64,000 nt of DNA from Bispira polyomma (lineage: Eukaryota), in contig OZ287749.1 in assembly GCA_965649765.1 (NCBI GenBank), positions 30,938,001 to 31,002,000 on the forward strand. The letters run 5' to 3'. Shown in pieces: positions 24,693 through 38,042 of this stretch; the stretch's first letter is position 1, and each line of letters opens with the position of its first letter. Below the pieces are notes generated by a model. The model had not been told where the DNA came from, searched no databases, and saw nothing but the letters and a program-made list of their open reading frames with translations. Made by a program: the position numbers and the translations under genes.

Positions 24693-27600
24693 ATGCGACA
24701 ATTTATAGCCTTTTTGGTTTTCTGTAGCAGTTACTGTGGCTGTGTTAGACATGTAGTTCCTTACAGCGAAGATCCCACATTCCCGAATCATAGCTAAGGT
24801 TTTACCCAGATCTTGGAATCATAGTAAACTGTGAACATGTTTTAATAATTAAACTGTACCAGATAACCTTGAACAACCTTGAATATTCGACTTTGCACCA
24901 TGATAATTTTGAACATGTTTGAAATTGTTATGAAGTGTTCTTGATTATGTACCAATGATAGTATACCGTGCCATTTGTATGGTACATGTGACTATTGTGA
25001 TAGGTTATCTTTGGTATTTGTGCCTTTCCACAGGAAATATTTTTACTATTGAAGTCTGTTTTAAATCAATTGCTGTTAATCAGTGCCGAGTGTGCAGTAT
25101 TCGTGAATATTCATTGTTATTCTTTGATATGTTTGATACATTCCACCCAAGTGGTCTTCTGGCCTTCTTGATTGTGTGAATTATCATGAATATTGTGCCT
25201 GTCCTTGACCTTTCGTATCAGCACCTTACTACAACACCACACAATTGGATATTTCCAGTATTAAACACAGCATTGGTGTTATTTTGGACCCCCCCTTATT
25301 CTTGCATGACTATGTGTAGGTTGGCAAACTATAGACTGATTCTAACTGATTCTTAGCAAGTCCTTGATGTGGGACATAGGCTTATAAATAATAGAAAATG
25401 GCACCATATTTTTGTGGTATTGTGTAATGTTCTTACACAGCCTCATCTACACATGGATGTGAATAACAACTTTGTGCAATAAACTACTGATATATACCAT
25501 AATACATCTGTCTTGGCTACAACTTAAAACTACAACTTAAAACTACTATTGGGACTAAACTGTGATGTTGAAGTGTCATTTAAAATTTTCTATCAAATAA
25601 CAAGGGGACTTAAAATCATCAAGTCCTGTATAAAGTAAAAATTTATTTACATAATATTTTTTTTTGTAAATTAGAATGTTGCAATAGTTTTCAACTGTAA
25701 GTATGTTGGACAAATGCAATAAGATCTTGGGACGTTGAATGCGTGTGTCACTGACTTAACTGGCTTATTTATAATTTAGAACTAGTCATTAATATTCTGG
25801 CCCGTTAAGTATCCATGAATTACTCGGTTCAATATTTTCACTAGGAAGAACAGGTGCTATAAATGAAGTGCAACTAAATATTGACCTTACTTGTCCTTGA
25901 AATGCTAGTGCTAAGACCTAGACTGCATATTTAACAGAAATCTCTTTGCAGTACTCAATTAAAGATAGATCCTAATTATTGTTTGGAGTTGGCTAAATTA
26001 AGTTTAATAATTTTACATATCAACTCATCAAGAGAATTCTGACAAAGATATTATGGTTTGCATGTGTCCATTTGTTGGTTTGTTTGTTTTGCACCAGGAT
26101 TAAATCAAATTTACTAAAATATGGTTGGTAGATGTACATCTGTATAGAATGGAGAATCCAGGAATGTTTTTTCTCTGTTGTCGCTGGTGTGCGTTCTTTT
26201 GCGTCAATTTCATTCCAGTTTTTTAAACCAATTAAGCTGATTCCTGAGCCCAGATTTAGACTTGTGGAGCTATTCACAAAAACGTTTAGTCTTCACTTAG
26301 TTTTAAACTTACCTTTTATTTTTGTAAAATTGTTAGGACTTAGGTCCTTTTGTAAGTATCCTTACTTAAGCAGCCTTGCCTACGTTTAGTCTAAACTTAG
26401 TTTTAAACTTACATTTTATTTTTGTTTTGGTAGGTCGTTTGGACTTAGGTCAGGTCGTTAGGACTAAGTATCAGTACTCAAGCAGCTTAAGTCAAGGTTA
26501 TCTAATCTCTATCAAGTTAGAGCAGAAATAAGATATGTAGTTAATGATTAAACCCTAACCAGAAAATATTGTCACCCAGAATATTTTATTCGTATTACTA
26601 TTGGTTTTCTGCAACTCCTTTCAGAGGGAGCTGTGGTCTATACATAGTCATTTGATGTAAATTTGCTTCCATTGTAGCATTATACCCATCGTTAGTGGGA
26701 AGGCATTATATCCAAATCTGTAGGTAGAGGCTCGCTGGTGACCATTCATCAATGTCGTCCCGTTTTGTTAACCCAGGTATATGACTCAATAACTGAGGAC
26801 TGCCATATTAAGTGGTCATCAAAGCTACTAGGTATGTGTCTGTGTCTTTACCTGGTCGCCCAGATTATGATCGAACCTGGGACCTTTGTGTTCCTAAATT
26901 TTATTCTCGATCAGAAGCCGACTTTATTCTATCAAGTTGTATCAATAGCGCATTAATATAACATAAAGTCTAAGCTTACTGGAGCCTTTAGAAAGCTACA
27001 TACAAAAAGGTAGCTGGTGCATCAATAAGTACTTCTGCAAATATGTATAAAGGAGCAATAAGAATTGGTGACAAATCCTGGGGAGATATGTGTACAAAAG
27101 GTTTCAGGACAAAGGCTCCATATGACAGTACGATGTAGTGATGTTTAGATGTTTAGTGATGTTTTAAACTATATTGGGATTACACATGCAAAGTGCTTTT
27201 TCTGTACTGTATCTGAGGATTGCATGTCTGCTTTTGACCTCTAAAGAAGTGGGTTCAAATCTCGGTATTTTTTGCATGTTTTAAAATTGGCAGTAGATTG
27301 CCGAAGGCCTTTGGTTGACAGTTTGGAAATCTTGACCAACTATCTTGTTAGGCTTTTTATATACGTATAACCCTCCCATCATGATATGTAGTAAATTGGC
27401 AGATACAAATGCAATACGAAAAACAGGAAGAAAACTGTACCACTCAGTCTGTACACAAATATTTTAGCATTGTCTCTTTTTCTACATCTGTAAACTTGGT
27501 ATTCTTTACTTCACTATTATTTATTAAATCCAGAATATTTCCTGCTATTCTAGCTTCATACAAGGGAATGTCAATTCTAGATAATTTTACAATATGACTT

Positions 27601-30600
27601 TTTATAGTCTCTTAAATGAGACTATTTGCTATTATTATACTTGTATGACAGATATGTAATAATATTGCTTACTACATAGATTAACTAAAGCTATTAGAAC
27701 TGGACATTATATTGCCAATACATTTTAGAAGACTAAATACATCTCTACAGGAATATCATTACATAGTGAGGGCAATAAATCGCGATGAGTATGGTACTCT
27801 AAATATTATATGAACACATTTTCTCCATTGGGTGGAGAAGTAATGCCAAAGGGTGACCATACAGTGGTCACACTGTATCTAGATGCAATATTTAGTGCAT
27901 ACATGGCATGATACTCAGGCAACTGAAAATAGAGGGCATGCAATTTTCCCTTTTAGTCACCCCTGTTAGAGTTCTGGCTATGTGGTGGCTGACATCTAAA
28001 GATGTAGTATTAATCATAGCAGACTCGATAACCCGTTCTTTACGGTGAATTATAAAGACCACAAGTGTGTAAAACTACGCTGGCGGGATCTCCAAAACTA
28101 AAACAATAGAAAGCAAGTTTGTCTTTGTTTTGTTGTAATGTGATTACTTAAGAAAACCCCCCAATAAGAATTAGTCTTTAAAAATAAAATACAGTCCTCG
28201 AGCTTGTAACTAATATGACGAATAAAGTATAAGCTCTGGGACTACAATAAATATGAGTGAAAGCCTGGTTTTACCTGTCATAGAAGTATAACAAATTAGT
28301 TTAACACAAAAAACATCCGGTGAGGTTTATAATAGCTAGGTCATGGTGACACAAAAAAATTTACTTAATTTGCAGTCGTTTCATTTACCATGTACTGTAA
28401 AAAGTTATATTGAGGTTAATAAACAATAGGGATTTACATTAGCTGTATCGTTTGTGTTTATGAGCTCGAATAGCCAACACATACAGCACTACAATACAGA
28501 CAACAAAGGCTACACAAGACTATATGAAGGCTTTGCAGAAAGAGGCTGCTATTGAGAATTGAAAAATTTATAAGTTGAAGTCAAATTGGCACCTATAGTC
28601 TTAAGCACATGTCTGACTGGGAAATTTAATTGAAATGTCTGCTGAAAAGAAATAAAATGAATATTTTTAGTTGTTCCCAGACATTATATTTGTTTAGATT
28701 GTACAATAAAACACTGAAAGTATAGCAAAAATCATATCAAATTTCGGACATTAATGTCTTTCTATTAGCAGAAGGTAAACATCATTTTATCAGAGATTTT
28801 TTGTGTTTTTTGAAATTCCAGACAACCTTTTTTTTTTATCTATTTCCGTTACTTGAATAGGCCAATCATAAGAGTTAAAATGGTTTGTTGTAGTTATTTT
28901 TTAAATAAATAATATTTCTAATTGTTTATATAATAATGCTTTTTTATTGTGTGAAAATTGGCACAAAGTTTTATTTAATAAATTATCCTGATTAAATGAC
29001 ATAATAGGAGCCTTGGACTTGACATAGTAACATTCTTGCCTTCCACCTCTCCAGTTGTGGATTCAAATCTCAGTTTGTATGTTGGAAACTTTCGAAGTGC
29101 ACCAGATGCAAATTGGTGGTTTAAAATGCAAAAATCATGACCACCTAGGTGTTAAAAGCAACATTAAACCCTAATGCCTGCTTAGCAATTATGGTCACAG
29201 CAAAAAGTATGGACAGTTCACACAGTCATAAAGTCAAGCATTAATGTAGTTAATTGTAAGTGTCAATGAACAGCATCAAAATAAATATTGGTGTCTGAAT
29301 CTGTCACAAGGAAAGGCGTTGTCCAAGTGTAACAGTTTTCTGGTTTCAAAAATTTCACTATTGTGGATTCTTTTTTTTTATGGAAAATCATTGTGATATT
29401 AAAAGCAAAATCTGTGGATGAAAAGGCTTCTGCATATTGGGACCTCCGTAAGACTAGGGAAGTTATAGTTCTGGTTAGAGGCTTCATATCATTTCTTTGC
29501 TGAATAGATATTGTCGTGGAAGAGTATAATTTAAATTTGTAGCAAAGCAGTTAGTGTGTGTAGAAGCCAAGTGTAAAATTGATTTCTGGTGTCTTTTGAG
29601 GCTCTTCCATGGAGTTTTCCAACCAACCTTATAAAGCAGGAAGCAATTGCAGCAAATTATACATAACCACTCTTGCAATGATATGCAGTTGTTTTCTGAA
29701 AGGGTCTGGAATTTCATCTTTTACAAAAAAATTACCAGTTATGAATAAAAAAAGATATCAGGACAGACACCTAGTTTCCTGAAAAAAAATAATTTTAGAC
29801 TCCCATCTGAGTGGCTTTTGACTTAATGTGAATCTTAACTGTTGCTTAATGTAGAGAAGTATTGAGGAACTGTAATGGTGATTACCTTTGTTTACATAAT
29901 GTATTTGTCTGGACAATTGGTGATCCAGATCTTTGAAATTCATCAGAAGGCAGTTGTTACTTGGTTCAGCATTTCAAGTATCCATGACAACATATGCTGT
30001 ACATGTTGAGAAGTATTACCCAGATCAACTTGTCACCAAGACTAAAGCCAATCAAAAGCAAAAAAAACACATAACAATAAAATTGTTAAACTCTTCCTAT
30101 ATTAGATTTATGCATATTGGAGACTTTTGCAAGGGTTATCAGCAAAATGGTGTTAGTTATTGTATCAACTAGATCAATCAGTGAGGCTCATGTTACCATT
30201 ATGGCTGGTTACAGAAACAGTGTGAAAAAACACACTAAACTGCCATTTTCAGCTGTTGATGTTGGATGTATTGGGAGCTGTGTTATGTGATTCATTTTTG
30301 ATTAATTACTAGGGATATTTGGTTACTTTATGAATTGTTACAACATCGCAAATTTCAGATGTCTAGTACTGTGCAGCTGGGTAACTGGCTACTTTGATTA
30401 TTGAATACTAACAGTATAGATAATATCATATTTATTACAAAACAATTGTAGTCAGTGCACTTATAAAAGTTGTTAAGTTAGGTTTTGCTAGTCCTAGGTG
30501 TTCCAACCTAAGTGATGGTAACCCTTATTTGAAGAGAAGGAATTTGGGAATTTGGTGCAACAAATCAACCTTTAGATTCAAGGTAACTTTGCCATTCTAT

Positions 30601-31380
30601 ATACCGGACTCTATGCAGTTCTTGGAAAAACACACTTTATTATAAAACCCCACACAATCCATGATCAAATTAAAATAATTAGTTCATTCAGACCATCCTG
30701 TATTGACCTAGTCATGAAATGTTCATATAAACTATAAGTTCAAAGGTTTGTATGGCAAATGAATGTATTATTAAAACTATCGTGTCATGTATGGCAAATG
30801 AATATATATTATTAAAACATACGGTTGTACTTTATAAAAAATTCAGGAGCAGATATTAGTTTATTGTAGCTTCTCAAATGTCAGCCTTTTATATAAGTGG
30901 CTATGTTCAATTACACTAATCATTATCTGCAATCATAGGCAGAATTTTTTCTTCTAATAACAATCATTATGCACAGTTAAATTTACTCTGTGCTTAATGA
31001 AGCATTATACAACAGTCTGGTAGCTTGGTTACATTTATGTCAAAAAGTACAGTTTATTGGTGGAGGATCGCAGACCAGGTCTAATGTTCTGTCTTTCAAA
31101 CAACCGGCCTTCAACAGGTATACTGCTAACTTTGGAATAATAGGTAAAAAGAATTGTCTTTGTGAAAAAGACATAGGCACACAATGTGACTAACACCCCT
31201 CAGTTTGGCCAAGTTGATTGCTTCTAACTAATCCTTGAATGCCTTACACATTATTTCCAGCATGGCGGCTGTGCCTTATGATTCCCTGATAATAGTATTC
31301 TCTAACACCCCTCAGTTTGGACGGGTTGATTGCTTCCAATCAATCCATGAAAAGTGTTACATATTATTTCAAATATAGCC
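24693..31380 (+). pseudogene. LRR-GPCR pseudogene copy D (most complete)
   Basis: Signal-peptide-like MRQFIAFLVFCSSYCGC (24693); VNCEH..TVPDNL (LRRNT); LNNLEYSTLHHDNF, VLDLSYQHLT (25201) and QVLDVGHRLI (LRRs); WDVECVCH*LNWLI (LRRCT-like, 25728); TCP..LDC.NRNL (second LRRNT); later ILVSESV (TM3-like) and KMVLVIVSTRSIS (TM6-like). Confidence 0.55.
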
Positions 31381-32588
31381 ATGCCCTTTTCAATGGCGGA
31401 ACCCTTGTCAGAGTGAAAACAACTTCAGTCCACGCCTGATAAAAACACTAAATGATCAGCTTATCCTTGTTCAGTAGAATATCAATAAAGGGGCCATATA
31501 TATATACATATATTGCTTTTTTGGGTCAAAAGCCAACACCTATGTCTTATATGTAAATAATATCGCACGTGTCAATCCACTATGTGACTAATTGTCCGAG
31601 TTCTCATTAACAACCATAAGTTACAGCTTCTGTGTCATCAATTCTTGGTTCGTAGTGAGTAAGTCTGTGAAAGTCAGCATGTGAGGACACGTGACGGTAC
31701 AAGAACAAATTAGAACATGTCGGAAAGTTTGTCCTGTTAAGTGTCAATAAAAATCTATAAAAGTTTTTTCTATATATTTTTTTACAAGCTTTTAACACTG
31801 ATTTTACCTACATTTACTGTGGCCAGAGATATGTTGACCTTAGAGTTTAGCTGGAGTCGGATTTGAGCATGAGAAGTTTGATAAAATATGGTCCTAGGAC
31901 GACAAGCCCATCATGACGTTGCAGACAATAACCATAATGCACAGATTAGAATCTGTTGAATTTGTGGAATCTAGATTACGATCTAAATTCGTTGGATTTG
32001 CTAGATTTATAGAATGCAAAAAGTTGGTTTCAGATTTGAAATGGCTATTTGCTGTTCTAGGTATATATTTTGTATATTTGATTAATGCCCCAGTCACACA
32101 GCGCCCGCGACCAGTTAGAGAGCTGCTGCGACCCTAAAATCAAAGAAAAACTACCGATCACTAGCGATTCCATAGGATCTTTGCAAGACGTCTTGATAGG
32201 TGTCACACATATATTTAGCTTTTTAAGTGTTGGCCACCGGTCGCCTACAACTCTTACGATGGCCAACTTCCGATCCACGGTAGCTCTGTGGAGCTTGTAG
32301 CAATCATGTAGGATCTATAGGGACTGGTTGTGCGATGGTCGGCGATTGGCAAAGACCTCCGTGTGGTTGTCGGCATCGATTCTGAGATCGTCGTGTGACT
32401 ATAAAAAACTACTTGTCGTTTGTCACACTGTGGTCCCTACTGGTGACACGTCCATGGCAGACCCCTCAAGGAGCATACTGATCTGGCTATAAATACTGGT
32501 ACCAATGCAACCAGCCATCATAATGCATTTAGTTATTAAGCAGTAAACATATCAGATAAAAAAAATAAATTGTAAGATATATTATAAG

Positions 32589-33100
32589 GTGGCATTTGTG
32601 GGACCAGCAGCAGCAGCAGCAGCAGACCAAATCTTGGCTATGAGAAGGCATCCTCAGCAGTGGCAGGCAGCTGGCATAGTGATGCTGCTATACCTTAGGA
32701 GGAGGCGAAGGAGAGCTAGGCAGTATTGGGTCAGGCCCTGGATCAGCAGGCGCCTGCAGTTTGGCGACTATGACAACCTTATGGCAGAGCTAGAAATAGA
32801 ATCACATGGTGATTTTCTAAATTACCCCTGGATGCCTTTGGTATCATTGCCAATAGGTTTCGCGCCCTACTGATTACCCTTTAACAAGACCCAGAAACTG
32901 TAAAGTCAATAGTGTTGGCATGCATTTGCTTACACAATCTAATGCGCAACCGGTATCCAGCATTGCAGAATACGCAATGGATCATGAGGGAAATTCGTTA
33001 TTCCTGGAGCCTGGAGAGATGAAGCTGTTTTCGTAGAGTGCCAGAATGTAAGGGGTCGTATGCATGTTTTCACGTAGGGCCAAGAGACAGAGGATCTATA
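32589..33100 (+). pseudogene. Harbinger (HARBI1-like) transposase with the catalytic core deleted
   Basis: RRRARQYWVRPWISRRLQFGDYDNLMAEL...FLNY joined at ~32832 directly to AFGIIANRFRALL..PETVKSIVLACICLHNLMR..IPGAWR. Confidence 0.85.
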
Positions 33101-34881
33101 TAAGGTAGTACGCTACCATTTTTTCTGTCCCACAGATTTAAAAAAAACATTCAGGCACAAAGGATAATATAATGGACAGACCAAAATTTAAAAAAAAAAT
33201 ACATGTCACTGCGTTATTTTTTAAATTACATGAGCATCAAAATGATATGTTCCAATTCCACTTCCCCATTGAAAATACAGGGAAATAGAGCTTTTAAGAC
33301 AATTATTTAAGATAAAATAAACAATAAAAAGAATTTCAACCCACAGATTTTTTTCTACGTATGGTATGATGTATGTATTAATAAATAATAATGCAAAAAA
33401 TAGGGGTCACCAGTCTCATTTTCATTTGACATGCCACAATAGTTAGGTCTTTTTCCAGTGAATCTAAAAAAATCCCTTGGTCAGTCATGTAGTATTTACA
33501 TTGAAGTTACAATTCTTGACTGTATTACCATAGAAACAGTCATAATTATAATCATAGGTGTATGGATCACAACTGTATGTTTCACGTTAGTGTTTAATCC
33601 AAACAACATTTAATCCAAACAACATTTAATATGTGGAATCCGAGTTTAATTTTTGGCAACATATTTACACACAAGCAACTAAGTTTAAATACTTAAATGA
33701 TATCAAGTTCAAACAATATGTCATGTCAGTCTAATTTAATGGACTTTTTAACTTACAACCATTTTACAACTAAAAAGAGTATTAGTTTCTGTCTATGGTT
33801 ACAAATGAATTTTTAATTGTCAATATTTGATAACCTTTCAATCTTGTCCCATATCCCATCCATACCAAAGTCTGAAAAAATGTTTGTGTTAAAATAGTTT
33901 CTGAATGATCGCATCTGTTTGAAATTGTTGTAGCAACAGAGTGAAACTATGAAAATATCAAATATATATATTCTCTACTAGCTTAATTACAATAATAACT
34001 TTGTATACTTAATTACAATAATAACGATTGTATAGAGACAATTACAATCAAGGGCTACATTTACAGAACATTTACTTATAAAGAATTCATTTTTGCCGGG
34101 TTTACAATCAACAAAATAACGATTATTTATTAATAACTCAGAAATTACTGACGAAAAAATTTGCATAAAATTATAGTGATAAAGTTTATTTTAGTATGAT
34201 TCCTAAGCTTTTTAGTGCATCAAAATCCGTTGAGAAACGGCTGAGATATTCAAGCCTAAATACAGGTCGGCAGTACAAATACTGGGGAATCCCCGTAATG
34301 TTTGTGCCAGTCGCTAGGCACAGAAGTTCATGTCATTGTTGTCATTGTATGGTATTAAAAGCGCTAAAACCTTTTCTGAAACAGAGAAGCTTGACCATGA
34401 CCACTTATAGAATAATCTTTAGCCTGGAACTGGGGAAAGGACCCAGCTGTAGAGGACCACCACATGAAGTGTTCAACCTAAGCACTGGCCAGAGCCATAT
34501 TTAGATCTTGTCTAAGGATATTTTCCACCAATGGAAGTATGGAGCAGGGAGTTTCAAAGTTACTAATCAAATCCTTAGCCAGTGGACCACAGGACACCAT
34601 GACCTTGACCTTGTAAGAACTTCAGATAATAAATGTTGTGCTATACCATGCGGACAAACAATGAAGACTGAATCTAGATTGAGCAATAATGACACAATGA
34701 TTGTCTTTATTGTTTTTTTCCTGCTATATCACAACATTTATTATCTGAACTTGGTATTATTGCTGACCTTCAGATAAAGGGGGCCTTGTGTCCTGTGAAA
34801 CACAGATTCCATGAAAAAATTGGAGGACCAATGTTAATGACATAATAATAATAATGTTTGATAAATTCCAAATTCTAAATT

Positions 34882-35215
34882 GAATTCCAAAAGGTCATGT
34901 TCAAAGAGGTCAAGTTGAATTCCAAAAGATCATGTTCAAAGAGGTCAAGTTGAATTCCAAAAGATCATGTTCAAAGAGGTCAAGTTGAATTCCAAAAGAT
35001 CATGTTCAAAGAGGTCAAGTTGAATTCCAAAAGATCATGTTCAAAGAGGTCAAGTTGAATTCCAAAACGTTCAAGTTCTAAAACAAAGGTCAAGTTCAGT
35101 TGTTTAAGTTCAAGTTCTAAACCAAAGTTCAAGTTCTAAACCAAAGGTCAAGTTCTAAACCAAAGGTCAAGTTCTAAACCAAAGGTCAAGTTCTAAACCA
35201 AAGGTCAAGTTCAAT
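34882..35215 (+). repeat. minisatellites: five 35-bp units then about six 19-bp units
   Basis: gaattccaaaagatcatgttcaaagaggtcaagtt at 34882, 34917, 34952, 34987, 35022; aggtcaagttctaaaccaa at 35145, 35164, 35183 plus degenerate copies. Confidence 0.95.
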
Positions 35216-35499
35216 TGTTTAGGTTCAATTTGAATTACTGAAGGTTAATTTGTAAGTTAATAATTTATTTCAAATAAAAAAGTCAGTAAGTAACAACATA
35301 TGAATTTATTTGACAAAATAACATCCACTTCAATATACATACAAGGTTAAAACTGCAATAGTCCACAACAAAAGGTCCACAGTCTAGTTAGAAATATCTT
35401 TGTAATATCACAGTCCCGCCCCCCCCCCCCCCCCTCACCCACCCCAACAACATAACAGTCCAACAGCTACTGCTGTGCGTGCCCCAACAACATAACAGT

Positions 35500-36930
35500 C
35501 CAGCAACTGCTGTCCAACTACGGCTGTGCGTGGCCCCCAGTGTTGTCGCCACTTTCGATGCAAGTCACAACCTTTCTAGTGGAGCTGTCATTCACTTAGT
35601 TGGCCTGGGGGTGCATTTTTTGCATATTGCTCAGCATAGTCAACAGGTCAGAAGTGTTCAAAGTACTCCAACTACTCTGTGAAAGGTTCATTTGTTGTTG
35701 TGGTGTTGGTGGTGACCACACAACCTGTGGTGGTATGAAGGAGGTTGACACTGAAGCTTGGCCAGATGGAGCAGAAACAGGCCACACAAGTGGCTGAGAG
35801 ACGGTCTGTAGTGTTGTCAGTGTTGCTGGTGGTTGGTTTGCCATCTTGTGGCCCATTATGGCCTGGAATGTGTTCTGCATAAAAGCTGGTCGGTGGGAGT
35901 TTCAGCCTCGAGCCCAATCCAGTGGCAGAAGGAGAGTCTGGGGTTGTTGGCAACAGTCATCATAGATGACAGTGGGTCAGTACGTTGGGCGTGACAAAGT
36001 GGTCAGCCGACTGTATGATGGTTTCAGCCATCCTTCTTGCACTGCCCTTCGGTTGCCTGGGACGCACACCCTGACTGGTGCTGGGCTTGCTGGTGCTGGG
36101 CTGACCGGGCTGACTGGAACAGGAAAGGGTGGGGCAGTTTGGGCTTGACTCAGCTTTGCCAAGTGCTGATGAGACAATGGTGGACAGCTCCTCATTATCG
36201 TCCATGTTATCCAGGTTTGGAAGGAGAGGCACCATCCCCAGGCTACGACTCTCAGAACGGGCCACCAGATGCGCCTCGTGGAAGGTGAATGAGCTGAGTG
36301 TCCATGTCTGGCGTGCAGTAAGGCCCCTGGATGCCTGCCTGGACTTGGTTTTCTTCTTCAGCTTGCCATAGATGATCCGCATGGACTTGAACACGTGTTA
36401 ATTCTTTTACCTAATAAAAATGGACAAGGACAGCTGTTAAATATAATGGTAAGTATTTGGGTAAGTACATATTTAATCCTGTCACAGCAATAGCTTTGGC
36501 CGGTTAAAAATGTTTTAATACAAGTCACACACAATGAAAAATCCCACGCATCCAGAAATCTCAGCACAAATAATATTATGTTATGTGATACACAACTACT
36601 CTATAAATGTATATTGATATATTGACATAATTGACTTATCCCAAAATAAGGACAGAAATAAGAACATTCTCTGGAAACACTTTAGTGACAGTAATAATGA
36701 CATTACACAACATTTCACAACTTTCTTGGAAGAACATTACATAACTAACCATAATCTAAACCTATAACACATGCAATTACAATTGAAATTAGATATTAAT
36801 GCAACTTACCATTGAATCCCATGGTCTCTCCCTGTCTGGCCAGCAACCGGGTCTTCCTGGCCCTGTTCTTGAGGTCACGAAGAGACTGGTCATAAAATAT
36901 GGGTTGCGTTGCAAAGAAGGCCACCAAGTG
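35500..36930 (-). pseudogene. Harbinger Myb/SANT (MADF-like) DNA-binding gene, two exons, disrupted
   Basis: Exon LVAFFATQPIFYDQSLRDLKNRARKTRLL...MGFN, GT-AG intron 36809-36411, exon FKSMRIIYGKLKKKTKS...LTARQTW, then S/P/T/Q-rich tail. Confidence 0.8.
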
Positions 36931-37772
36931 GAGGGGTGGGAATGGGGGAGTTTAAGCAAAAGCACAGCTTTCGGCGATAATTTGATTGGACAGCGATAGG
37001 TAGTTAGACTACTTGGGGAGTAATGGCAGACTGGTGGTAGACTGAATAGAAATCAGTGAAAACAGGTCAGGGACTTTCTATTGATGTTTGATTTGTTGGT
37101 GATTAAAGATTAATCGCCGCCCTGCTGAAACAAACAAAAACCTCTGAGGAGTTGTTCTAAGGAACTGGTTGCAGATCAGTCGAAGATTAAACAAAGACCT
37201 CCAGCAATCTTTTTAATCGTAGAGAGGAATCACTTGTAATTCAGGTAACCATGCTACGAATAAAACCATTATAAGATCTTCAAGGATCTAGCAACCTCCA
37301 GCAACCTTAAAGGATCGAACGCACGAGTGGTTTAAGATCACCAGAGACTTCCAGCAACCTAACACGATTTTAAGGTCACAGCAGCTTTCTAACTGGTCAT
37401 TAGTGCCGTGTGACTGGGCCTTAAGTAACTTTGTGTGACTTTCTCTTCCTTTTTGCAATAAATTGTGGGTAAACCATTCGATATGAATCCGCTGAACTAC
37501 CTCTTGAGGAAGGTCAACAGATCACTGATCTGGTTCATTATTTGGTGCATTTCACAACCGAATCCCTTGATCTACGAATCTGGATTCAACAGATTGTGTC
37601 TGTGAAATGTGCCTAATGTGAATAAGTGATTTACTAGTGTGTAACATGAGTGGGAAGGGACCTTCTGAAACGGAATTCATCAAAAGTTACACCACTAAGA
37701 TATGCTTACCATTGTGTCCCAATATAATACTGGGATCCACTTATCTTCAACTGGTAAAGATTAAAATTGCAG

Positions 37773-38042
37773 GATACAAATCTGTTCAAAATTTTATATT
37801 GAAAGTTTTGGAGTCTAGGTTCCTGACAAATAATTTCAGGTTTTTAAATATACTTGACCAATATAAGGACTCTGGAAAGGATAGTTTTCAACCTATTTGT
37901 TAACTGCAGGTGGATAATTATCGGAATAAGGTAAATGTTAATCTATGTCCTTATTTTTTAAGTTTATTATGTTCTTGTGTATGTGTGGGACATCATAGAA
38001 GGGTAAGTTTTTAAGGATTGATATTTCTTTTTATGATGTTCT
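37773..38042 (+). repeat. 270-bp direct repeat X1
   Basis: Near-identical to 39527-39796. Confidence 0.9.

Larger units (their letters stand above)
32086..37421 (+). mobile_element. PIF/Harbinger DNA transposon, internally deleted
   Basis: ~55-bp imperfect TIRs (tgccccagtcacacagc... / ...gccgtgtgactgggcct), TAA target-site duplication on both sides, convergent transposase and Myb/SANT genes. Confidence 0.92.

Noticed and set aside
34882-35060. CRISPR-like array (35-bp repeats)
   Set aside because: Units are contiguous with no unique spacers, no cas genes, eukaryotic context.
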